Below, piece after piece: positions 19,301-26,598 of a stretch of 37,027 nucleotides of DNA (positions are counted from its first letter, which is position 1; each line of letters starts with the position of its first letter). The notes beneath the pieces are model-generated. The model ran no database searches, was not told where the DNA came from, and worked only from the letters and a program-made list of their open reading frames with translations. The position numbers and the translations under genes are program-made. The DNA is taken from positions 1 through 37,027 of the IMG/VR virus record IMGVR_UViG_3300047282_000660. One strand, written 5' to 3'. Source of the stretch: a virus (lineage: Duplodnaviria; Caudoviricetes).

Positions 19301-22300
19301 CATTTTTAACAACTTTTTGTGCTAATTGAGATGCGTAAATAATACCATCTAATGTTTGATTTAATTGTGCACCTTGTGCTTGTGATGGATAGTCATAATA
19401 GAATTTACCATTAACTACGGATGCAGAATTAGCGTTCCATAGTAAATCTTCCGCTGCACCACTAATAATTAACCCAATATCACGTCTACATTTAGTTTCA
19501 TCATACGATGCAGTTGACCAAGAAGAACTCAAATATGCAATAGTTTCATCTTGTATAAACTGGATATTATTTTTTAATAATCCATATGCAGTTAAAACAT
19601 TTGATGATGAAATTGATGCAGTATATAATGTAATTGTTGGTAAACTTCCAACACCATTTTTAATTATATCGGTTACAATTGAAATTGATTGTGATATAAA
19701 TGTAGATTCAACATTTGTTGCAGAAGATGCCGAAATGTATTGTGAAGTTCCGGTAACTCTTATATTTGCATTTGTATTTGATAATACCGATGGTACTGCT
19801 ACTAATCCATTTTGTAAAATATTAATTATAGTGTTATAACTTGCACTAACAGTATTAATTGGATTACCAAAATATGAAGAAGATACTTGATAAGATGAAG
19901 AATATTGACTTCCACTAGTAATTTTTACCAAACCGGCAGTATTCTTTACCAATGAAGGTAAAGAGCCTGTTCCGTTTTCTACAATATCCAATATAACATT
20001 AAATCTATTATCTACAAATTCTTTATTTACAATTGAAATAGATTCAGTAGTAGAATATTGTGGTTGAGATGTTATTTTAATTAATCCAGATGCATTTGTT
20101 TGTAATACCGGAATTGAACCAGTACCACCACCGATAATATCAATTACAATATCAAAACCACTTTTAACTTTTTCTATTTCAGCACTAGCTGGTGTATTTG
20201 AAGAAGTAATTTGATTATTACCAGTTCTATTTACACCTCTAAATGAAGAAGAAATTATAGTTGGTTTTGAAGATAATCCTTTATCAATGATGTTAATTAC
20301 ATTACCAAAGGATGCCGATACGATTAATTTGTCAGATAAACTAGCAGAATCATTATTAAAATATTGTAATTCATTTGTCTTTTTAATACCATTTTCAGTA
20401 TTACTAATAATTGCAGGATAAACTGAACTACCACTTTCAATAATTTTTGCAACAATATCAAATCCATCTTCAATTGCCTTTCCACCTATTGCAATTAATT
20501 TTGTTAAATCTTTTGCAAAGTTAATTGCGGAAATTGTTTCATCCGATTGTGAATCGGTTGCCTGTGATGGATATGTGAAATAGAAAATTCCAGAATTTCT
20601 ACTTCTTTCATTACCACCATATACTAAATCAGTTATAACACCATCAACAATAAATCCAACATCTCTATAACATTTTGAAATATTATAATTTAGATATGGA
20701 TAGTTTTCATTTGTAAAATCAACTGTATTTTGTTGTATAAATGTTCTATTTTTTCTTATCAAATCAGCGGCTTCAATTACCGATGCAGATGGATGTAAAA
20801 GTTGTACATTCTGAACAATATTTTGAACTAATTGATTTGCGTAATAAACACCAGTTATTGTTGGGTCTAATTGTGCAGTTGCAGAAGGTACACCACCAAT
20901 TGTTGCGTTTGATGGATATAAATAATAAAACTCACCGGCTTTATTACTTCTTTCATTACCACCATATACTAAGTCAGTTCTTACCGCATCTAAAATATAA
21001 CCAACATCTCTCTTACACTTAGCTTCATTGTAATAAACTTCTGACCAAGATGAAGATACATATTCAACAACTTCCGCTGCAATAAGTTCTTTATTTTTTC
21101 TAATTAATTCACTAGCGTTTACTTTATTAGTTTCCGCTTGAGTAAATGATTGCCCAACTATAATCTTTTGAGCTAATCTAGATGCATATCTAACACCATC
21201 GGTTGTTTGAATTAATTGAGAATCGGTTGCTTGAGATGGATATAAGAAGTAGTATCTCCCTGCTTCTATTGTTCTCTCATTACCACCATATACTAAGTCA
21301 GTTAAAACATTATCAATAATATATCCAACATCTCTTTTACATTTAGATTCATTATAATCAAAAGAACCCCAAGATGAACTTAAATACGCAATTGTTTCAT
21401 TTTGTATAAATTGCTTATTGTTTACTAATAAAGTTTGTGCATTTAGTTTATTAGTTGAAGGCAATCCAAATACAATATTTTGAATCACTTTTTGTGCTAA
21501 TCTACTTGCATATTTTATACCATCTAAAGTTTGATTAATTTGAGCATCAGTTGCTTGAGATGGATACTCATAATAATATTGTCCATTTACAATTGATGCT
21601 GAATTTGCGTTCCAAATTAAATCTTCCGCTGCACCACTAATGATTAAACCAATATCTCTTTTACATTTAACCTCATCGTATTCAAATCCTCTCCAAGATG
21701 AACTTAAATATGCAATAGTTTCATTTTGAATGAATGGAATATTTGCTTTAAGTATTTCGTAAGCAGCTACCGTATTTGATGAAGAAACCGATGATGTGTA
21801 TAATTGTTTAGCAAATAATTCAATGTTTCCAGTTTCTATAATTTGTGTTACTTTTGAAATAGATGCAGAAATAAAAGATACATCTTCTAAACTACCACTA
21901 AATGATGCCGAAATATATTGAGAAGTTCCGGTTACTTTTATATTACCCACTACATTACTTACATAAGAAGGAAGTACACTTAATCCATTTGTAATAATAT
22001 TGATTACAGTTTCTATTGATGAACTTATAGATGCACTTTCCGCCATAGTTGCTGCGGTTGAAGAAACAATAGATGTGTTGGTTACAGCAATATTATTATT
22101 TGTATTTAAAATTATAGGCTGTATAGATGATAATCCATTTGTTATTATTTTACCAACTTGCCCAATAGATGCTGATAATTCATTCAATACCGAACCACTT
22201 GCTGCATTTGAACCAGACCATTGTGAAATAGAAGTAATCTTTTTAGTAAGATTTTGAGATGAAGTAAATGCAGATATTAAAGATATACCATTTTTAATAA

Positions 22301-25300
22301 TATTTGTTACTACTCCAAAATTTCTATCAATTATTCCAATTTCATCCGGTGATACATAAGAAGAAGTAATTTGTGAACCTGACGTTACATTAAGTGGAAT
22401 ATCTTTACTCCAAGAATTACCAGGTACATTTTGTGCCAGTATTGAAGGGATTGCACCTACTCCTCTTTTTATTATTCCTTCAACAATCGCAAAAGAACTA
22501 CTAATAGAACTTTGTTCAGTTGTTGTTCCAGATACAGATGAAGTAATATTTGTTAATCCTAATTTATTGTTTCTTACACCTCTTTCATCATTTAGTACAA
22601 TTCTAGGTGTTTCTAAAATTAAATTTTGTACAACATAATCTGAAATAATCTTTGAGTATCTTATTCCACCAATTGTTTCTTTCTTTTGAATTGATGTTGC
22701 TATTGATGGATAATCATAATAATATCTACCAGCAGTTACACTTCTTTCGTTACCACCATAATAAAGGTCAGTAGCGATTGCATCTATAATATATCCAACA
22801 TCCCTTCTACATTTATCTTGATTATATTTTAAAGCAGGATACGCAACATTAACAAATTGAATTGTTTCATTTTGTATTAATTCTTTATTTTGTTTTAATA
22901 ATAAAGATGCAGTTGCAGTACTGCCTGATGCTAAGTTGAAAGTTTTTCCTTGAATTAAATTTTGAGATAATCCAGCTGCAAAACGAATACCATCTAAAGT
23001 TTGTCCTAATTGTCCTTCTGAATCACCATCTCCTTCTACAATAGCTAAAGAAGGGTATAAATAATAGTAAGTTCCAGCGGTAATAGCTCTTTCATTTCCA
23101 CCATAAAGAATATCAGTTGCTACTGCATCTACGATATATCCAATATCACGAGAACAACTTGCTTCATTATAATAAAAATTAGACCAAGATGAAGATAGAT
23201 ATGCAATTGTTTCTTTTTGTATAAATTGTTTATTATCACCCAATACTTCCCACGCAGCATATCTATTAGTATTACCATCAGCATCTACAAATGATGCAGT
23301 TGATAACAATAATCTTTGAACTAGTCTTGAAGCGTATCTTATTGCCTCCGAAGTTGGTCCTAATTGCGATGTTGTTGCCTGTGAAGGATACTGATAATAG
23401 AAGAAACCATTTCTAATTGATTCTTCGTTTCCACCATATAATAAATCTTTGTTTACACCATCAATTATATATCCTAAATCTCTACTACAAGAAGCCTGAT
23501 TGTAAACAAAATTTGACCAAGATGAACTAATATATCTTATAGTTTCATCAATAATAAATGGTTTACTTCCACTTATTATTTCAAATGCGTTTATTATATC
23601 AACGTTTTCACTAGGTAAGGATGAACTATTAATTGTTGCAGGATACGTTAATGTTGATTCAATAAGTGGTCTTGAAGTTGTTGTTGAATTGACAATATTA
23701 AATTCTCCAGATAATCCTATTTTTGTTTGTGCAACATAATATAATTTATTAGGTGCGTTATAAGGAACGGTAAAAGTAATTGTTCCTTCTGCTTCACCAT
23801 TATTTATTACTCCATTATTATAATCCCAAGTTGGGTCTATACCATCTATTTTTCTAGTTCTAATCCAGAAAGGATAATTATCAGGTCCTCTATCTTCTGA
23901 TGCTGATAAAAAGAATTTATACGTTTCCCCTCTAAATAAAGTAATTGTTGGATTATTTCCAACTCCACTAAAATTATAAAATAAACTTGCACTATCGGTT
24001 ACAACAAATGAAGTTTTATGGTCATTTGGAATTGGCAAAATAGGAGAACCAGTACCATTTGTTAAAATATTATATACGGTGCTAAAACTTGCACTAATGT
24101 TTCTTGCAGTAGATAAAGAAGAAGTAATTCCGGTAATATACTCAACCAATTCACCAACTTTTATACTTTCGCTTGTATTTGAAATTAAATTTGGTCTTGC
24201 CGATAATCCTTTTTCAATAATTGTTACAATCGTAGAAAATGATGCAGATACGCTTGCAGTTGTTTGATTTGTTGCAACTTCTGATGTTCCAGTTGGATTA
24301 ATTGAAGTATATTTAATTGCATCAATTGTATTTTGCTTAAATACATATGAACCAGTACCATTTGAAAAAATTCCAAGTAAAACACCATAAGATGCACTAA
24401 TTGCATTTAAATCTGCAGATGATGCGGATATTGATGATGTTATTTGTTGTGCACCTAAAATGTTATAAGGTGAATCAAATCCATATCCCTTATTTGAAGA
24501 TTTCGCTAAAAGAGTTGGAAAATTAGTTGTACCATTATATACAATTTCTTTTATCAAATTAAAATCAGCAACAACTTCATCACTTTCTTTTATACTTGCG
24601 GTTGCAGAAGGATTTAAAGATTGAGTTAAATTAGTAACTTTTATACCTTCAGCGGTATTAAAAATTGTTACATCTGGCAACCCTTCTTCTAATCCTTTAT
24701 TTAACACATCTACAATAATAGAATAATTTTCTCTTGTTCTATTTCTTCCTTCTAAATAACCACCACTACCAGAAATTAAACGAGAACCAGATGCATACAT
24801 ACCATACAAACCAAACGAAATGTTTGAGTTGTTCAATGTAGCATGTCCACCATTATTTACTCTAATAGCGTAATATGAGAAGTTATTAAAGAAAGATACC
24901 AACTGAATGAATCCTCTACCATTAACCAAACATCCCACACCATTTGGAGAAATCTGTGTATAAGCATCCAATACCATTGAAGCAAGTGGAGAATCTGGAT
25001 TAATTACATCACCATTAACATAAAGACCTCCACCTCCCGGCGGAATATCTTCGTAAAGTTCGGTAAATGAATTCTCTTGGTTAGAAATTTGAGAACAGTT
25101 CTGAATATATGGTGAAGTTGTAATAAATGCTCCTGGTTGGAAAGCAAAACCAAATCCTCTTTCAGGATTAATTTGGTCAGGCCATAGTCTTAATCCTCCA
25201 ACTGTCACCTCTGCAATATAACACCCAGAGTTTACCCAAAATAAATCTTGCTCAGGATTCTTTGCGTTAATTTTAGTAATACGCAAACCCGCACCCCAAA

Positions 25301-25850
25301 TAGTTGTGTTCTTAGGAAGAATAACAGGATTATCTTCTAAGTAAGTACCAGCTTGCACTTTAATTACATAACCATTGAATATTGAACCAGTATCAAACCC
25401 ATATCTACCATCATATCCAGGTGTAGATAACTGTGCCGCTCTTTTAATTGTACGAAGTGGATATTGAATAGTTCTACCATCATTGTTATCATCACCATCG
25501 GTTGAAGATACATAAAGTGTTGGAACGTTAGCACCAAAATCTTTTGCAAGGATTCCAGAATATCTTTGAGTATCTAAAGATGCAAGAGCGTTTGATGCGG
25601 TTGCAGATAAAACAGCTTCAGGTCCAGCAAATTCTAATTTTCCTTTAATATTTAAAGAACCGGTTAAGAAAACCGAGCCAGTTATTTCATTTCTATCATT
25701 TACATCATTACCTAAAAAGAAACTCTTAGAAACAAAAAGTGAACCTGATATAATGGCATCATTTCCAATATCAACATTTTGTTGTATTGTGAGGGAACCA
25801 GATATATTCTGTTGTTCTTCAATCTGCTTACGAGGTATCAGTCTTGCCAT
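13314..25850 (-). CDS. Giant (4178 aa) virion structural protein: pectin-lyase-like beta-helix interrupted by 22 phycobiliprotein-like C-x-R-D modules and 22 complementary helix modules
   Basis: LYVSSTDGDDNNDG....PLRTIKRA and SPYIQNCS...MVLDAYTQ beta-helix start. C-terminal GGRIFFTSGNQDGDFRIG..L.INQATG...TPF.LAL resembles ends of large virion proteins of aquatic T4-like phages. Repeats are directly visible. Confidence 0.85.
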   Translation of the reverse strand: MARLIPRKQIEEQQNISGSLTIQQNVDIGNDAIISGSLFVSKSFFLGNDVNDRNEITGSVFLTGSLNIKGKLEFAGPEAVLSATASNALASLDTQRYSGILAKDFGANVPTLYVSSTDGDDNNDGRTIQYPLRTIKRAAQLSTPGYDGRYGFDTGSIFNGYVIKVQAGTYLEDNPVILPKNTTIWGAGLRITKINAKNPEQDLFWVNSGCYIAEVTVGGLRLWPDQINPERGFGFAFQPGAFITTSPYIQNCSQISNQENSFTELYEDIPPGGGGLYVNGDVINPDSPLASMVLDAYTQISPNGVGCLVNGRGFIQLVSFFNNFSYYAIRVNNGGHATLNNSNISFGLYGMYASGSRLISGSGGYLEGRNRTRENYSIIVDVLNKGLEEGLPDVTIFNTAEGIKVTNLTQSLNPSATASIKESDEVVADFNLIKEIVYNGTTNFPTLLAKSSNKGYGFDSPYNILGAQQITSSISASSADLNAISASYGVLLGIFSNGTGSYVFKQNTIDAIKYTSINPTGTSEVATNQTTASVSASFSTIVTIIEKGLSARPNLISNTSESIKVGELVEYITGITSSLSTARNISASFSTVYNILTNGTGSPILPIPNDHKTSFVVTDSASLFYNFSGVGNNPTITLFRGETYKFFLSASEDRGPDNYPFWIRTRKIDGIDPTWDYNNGVINNGEAEGTITFTVPYNAPNKLYYVAQTKIGLSGEFNIVNSTTTSRPLIESTLTYPATINSSSLPSENVDIINAFEIISGSKPFIIDETIRYISSSWSNFVYNQASCSRDLGYIIDGVNKDLLYGGNEESIRNGFFYYQYPSQATTSQLGPTSEAIRYASRLVQRLLLSTASFVDADGNTNRYAAWEVLGDNKQFIQKETIAYLSSSWSNFYYNEASCSRDIGYIVDAVATDILYGGNERAITAGTYYYLYPSLAIVEGDGDSEGQLGQTLDGIRFAAGLSQNLIQGKTFNLASGSTATASLLLKQNKELIQNETIQFVNVAYPALKYNQDKCRRDVGYIIDAIATDLYYGGNERSVTAGRYYYDYPSIATSIQKKETIGGIRYSKIISDYVVQNLILETPRIVLNDERGVRNNKLGLTNITSSVSGTTTEQSSISSSFAIVEGIIKRGVGAIPSILAQNVPGNSWSKDIPLNVTSGSQITSSYVSPDEIGIIDRNFGVVTNIIKNGISLISAFTSSQNLTKKITSISQWSGSNAASGSVLNELSASIGQVGKIITNGLSSIQPIILNTNNNIAVTNTSIVSSTAATMAESASISSSIETVINIITNGLSVLPSYVSNVVGNIKVTGTSQYISASFSGSLEDVSFISASISKVTQIIETGNIELFAKQLYTSSVSSSNTVAAYEILKANIPFIQNETIAYLSSSWRGFEYDEVKCKRDIGLIISGAAEDLIWNANSASIVNGQYYYEYPSQATDAQINQTLDGIKYASRLAQKVIQNIVFGLPSTNKLNAQTLLVNNKQFIQNETIAYLSSSWGSFDYNESKCKRDVGYIIDNVLTDLVYGGNERTIEAGRYYFLYPSQATDSQLIQTTDGVRYASRLAQKIIVGQSFTQAETNKVNASELIRKNKELIAAEVVEYVSSSWSEVYYNEAKCKRDVGYILDAVRTDLVYGGNERSNKAGEFYYLYPSNATIGGVPSATAQLDPTITGVYYANQLVQNIVQNVQLLHPSASVIEAADLIRKNRTFIQQNTVDFTNENYPYLNYNISKCYRDVGFIVDGVITDLVYGGNERSRNSGIFYFTYPSQATDSQSDETISAINFAKDLTKLIAIGGKAIEDGFDIVAKIIESGSSVYPAIISNTENGIKKTNELQYFNNDSASLSDKLIVSASFGNVINIIDKGLSSKPTIISSSFRGVNRTGNNQITSSNTPASAEIEKVKSGFDIVIDIIGGGTGSIPVLQTNASGLIKITSQPQYSTTESISIVNKEFVDNRFNVILDIVENGTGSLPSLVKNTAGLVKITSGSQYSSSYQVSSSYFGNPINTVSASYNTIINILQNGLVAVPSVLSNTNANIRVTGTSQYISASSATNVESTFISQSISIVTDIIKNGVGSLPTITLYTASISSSNVLTAYGLLKNNIQFIQDETIAYLSSSWSTASYDETKCRRDIGLIISGAAEDLLWNANSASVVNGKFYYDYPSQAQGAQLNQTLDGIIYASQLAQKVVKNVVFNLPNSQSNAAYDLLIYNKSLIQNETIAYLSSSWSSHSYDETKCKRDVGYIIDSVATDIKWGGNERSVKSGVYYYLYPSAATGSQIEETITGIKYAKDLSDRLLRNLKLNNVNQEKIKIKEAIFNNKNFIADEVIAYVSASWNGFVYNQETCKRDVKYILDAVITDVVYGGNERSIEAGKFYYLYPSQATTTQLGPTLSGIRHAKHIVKEILNNKVFASASISSQIAYNLLLDNKEFIQKETIAFVSSSWSFFNYNEASCSRDTGYIVDAVATDILYGGNERVREAGEYYYLYPSLATVGNDGDTGGQLNQTLDGIRYAKGISEKIVSNQILQTPTNSESASFDLLRKNKQLIQKETIAFLSSSWVGINNFQFNEASCSRDVAYIIDNVATDLIYGGNERSTKAGEYYYLYPSAATVTSSVSPTTDAQKGPTLDGIAFAAGLVQKVISNQELVEPTSYVQSAYSLLVSNRQFIQNETIQYIDAFYPNLKYNREKCRRDVGYIVNNVATDLWYGGNQRSVIAGDYYYRYPSKATTYDQVLETVAGVEYAKAVSKAVAQNILLNKPLFSDNTTKNIKVTSQIQYSSSLSAGISEVTNISSSFATVTQIIEGGLPALPTLVSNNENVIKVSGETQIKSAISASGNTLDIVTSSFTHIRNIIYNGEYSVPDSLVSSFNYGFELVTPTLWHITNETQITGVGAHNNQALNVSSSYGTIVNVVKNGLNVKPNLITNTSASIIVSGLTPTTSSISASQSDVNSISSNFGVVMGIIENGVSSIPTLVNNTNAGIKVTNAVQTLGASADRLQSKLVSSSFATVVSILLYGTGSVRFVSSSLNPNNNPRINNAYNLLVSNSAFIVSESIAYMSSSWSSFYYDQSKCERDLGLIISGAAHDLLFGGNSASFVNGKFYYEYPSQAIGSQLDQTVTAIKFASGMAEKVVRNIHFASPSSTTLDAYNNLRQNKGFIQSESIAYVSSSWSNFEYNEASCSRDIGYIVDAVATDLLYGGNERSIVAGRYYYDYPSQATDSQLEPTLTGIRYAKGSSMNLVVNKQFFTPSVAVNESYDLLQQNKKYIQSESVAYVNAKYPNLDYNEDKCKRDVGYIVDAVATDLLYAGNEQSIRAGEFYYLYPSLATTNAQVIETTDAIRYAARLSENIVNNILISVPQPILNTVGHVKTTNTSQYISSSFSGSLEDVAFVSASIGIVTNIILNGTGSLPNVTLYTASISSSNVIAAYEILKANIPFIQNETIAYLSSSWSTASYDETKCRRDVGLIISGAAEDLLWNANSASVMNGKFYYIYPSQAQGAQLNQTIDGINYASRLAQNLIQNIEYVTASAEVSASYNTLRSNKEFIKKETISFLSSSWNGFAYSQSVCERDVVHIIDAVSTDLLYGGNERSTIAGQYYYTYPSTATSTQLEPTVTAIDYASGLAKQLLQNKTFVTASNIVSSSFDLLRKNRTFIQEETMAYLTASWSTFEYDKDKCKRDVGYIVDAVATDLLYGGNERAREAGRFYFLYPSKATLLGDGDSVGQLYQTIDGIKYASRIAQKVVQNITFITASAQVSASFDLLRKNKQFIAAETIAYVSSSWSNVYYNEASCSRDVGYIVDAAATDLLYGGQERSVVAGTYYYLFPSKATNAGVPSEQNQLDPTVTGVRYAGRISGKVVLNSTFNPPSQSALNASGLLTSNSLFIQKETIAYLSSSWSGFKYNEVSCSRDIGFIIDAVKTDLVYGGNERSIEAGSTYYRIPSVAIEPSYTNNGDAGQKNQTVDGINFAKGVAEKVVLQTKLVFAPTKRREAYARLIGSKNELKQRAISYTNGAFPYLVYNEASCSRDTGIIIDSVATDLLYGGNERSVAAASSYYTGQYGSAAAVINQQKLETLETNRYLRTRAEFIAANAPLESFGSLIVATGIDYSYNGSGVTFKALPPNQGGSGQANPAFEITELGGGRIFFTSGNQDGDFRIGTGLSINQATGTLVGRTFSKSLFSLVTPFSLALQI
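13650..24740 (-). repeat. Array of 22 ~105-115-aa C-modules (L..NK.FIQ.ETIAY.SSSW..F.Y.E..C.RD.GYI.DAV.TDL.YGGNERS..AG.YY..YPS.AT) and 22 ~50-aa H-modules (Q...S....[IV]S.S[FYI]..[IV]..I[IV]..G...P)
   Basis: C-x-R-D codons located near 23480, 23150, 22805, 21660, 21335, 21010, 20665, 19485, 19160, 18835, 18510, 18160, 17805, 16665, 16340, 16015, 15505, 15180, 14855, 14510, 14165 and 13815. Confidence 0.92.
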
Positions 25851-26233
25851 TATACTATTTCTACTATTTTACCTTTTATTTCAAAAGCAGATACCGGAAC
25901 TTCATTCGGTAGTCTGGTAACATCTGCAGTGAATGTAACAATTATATTATTTCCACTTACGTTTACATCGTAACGATTTTGTGGTTGTTTTACTCCAAAT
26001 AAATATACATCAATATAATCTCTAACATCATCAACTTCCAACAAATCAAAAAGAAATTTTTTATTAAGTAATGTAAGAGTAAATAATACATTATTATTCA
26101 CTTCCAATATATCTGGAACATATGAATAAATGAATGTATCTGTATTTACTCTTAATACAAAATTTTTAAATTCTAACCTTTGTCTTTTTAAAAGGTCATT
26201 ACCTCTATCTATATTTGGAAGTTTTCTTGCCAT
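25850..26233 (-). CDS. Hypothetical virion protein (127 aa), small beta-domain paralogous to neighbours
   Basis: TAATG stop/start overlaps at both ends; IDVYLFGVKQ...Y.V......I.VTF....EIKGKI. Confidence 0.75.
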   Translation of the reverse strand: MARKLPNIDRGNDLLKRQRLEFKNFVLRVNTDTFIYSYVPDILEVNNNVLFTLTLLNKKFLFDLLEVDDVRDYIDVYLFGVKQPQNRYDVNVSGNNIIVTFTADVTRLPNEVPVSAFEIKGKIVEIV

Positions 26234-26589
26234 TATCTATATATTTCTAAATCTCCATTTATTTTTATTTCATCCGTTTCTTCTATTTCATATGGATTTC
26301 CAAAACGGTCTAAGGTTGGAAATTGCGTTCTAATAAATTTTAAATAAAAAGTATTAGGACCATTTTCAATTATATAATCGTTTTCTCTAATAAATAATCC
26401 ATTAATAAAAACATCAAATCTTGCACCATCTTTTCTTAAATGTCTTAATGTTTTATATAAAGTTTTTACTCTTAAATTATCTTTTTTAAAAATCCAATAA
26501 AATGGGTGTGTCAAATCAAACGGTTCTAATATAAACTCATTTGGTTCATTAACTTCTTTCATTATATTTTTTAAATCTCTAATATTCAT
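26233..26589 (-). CDS. Hypothetical virion protein (118 aa), small beta-domain paralogous to neighbours
   Basis: Tightly packed in the operon; FDVFINGLFI...Y...F...YEIEETDEIKINGDL. Confidence 0.75.
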   Translation of the reverse strand: MNIRDLKNIMKEVNEPNEFILEPFDLTHPFYWIFKKDNLRVKTLYKTLRHLRKDGARFDVFINGLFIRENDYIIENGPNTFYLKFIRTQFPTLDRFGNPYEIEETDEIKINGDLEIYR

Positions 26590-26598
26590 ATTTTTAAA

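Noticed and set aside
13314-25850. Calling the giant a bona fide cpcA/apc gene or a host-derived photosynthesis gene
   Set aside because: It lacks the N-terminal X/Y helices of phycobiliproteins, is embedded in a virion beta-helix protein and the similarity is by eye only. Kept as a hypothesis with no gene symbol.
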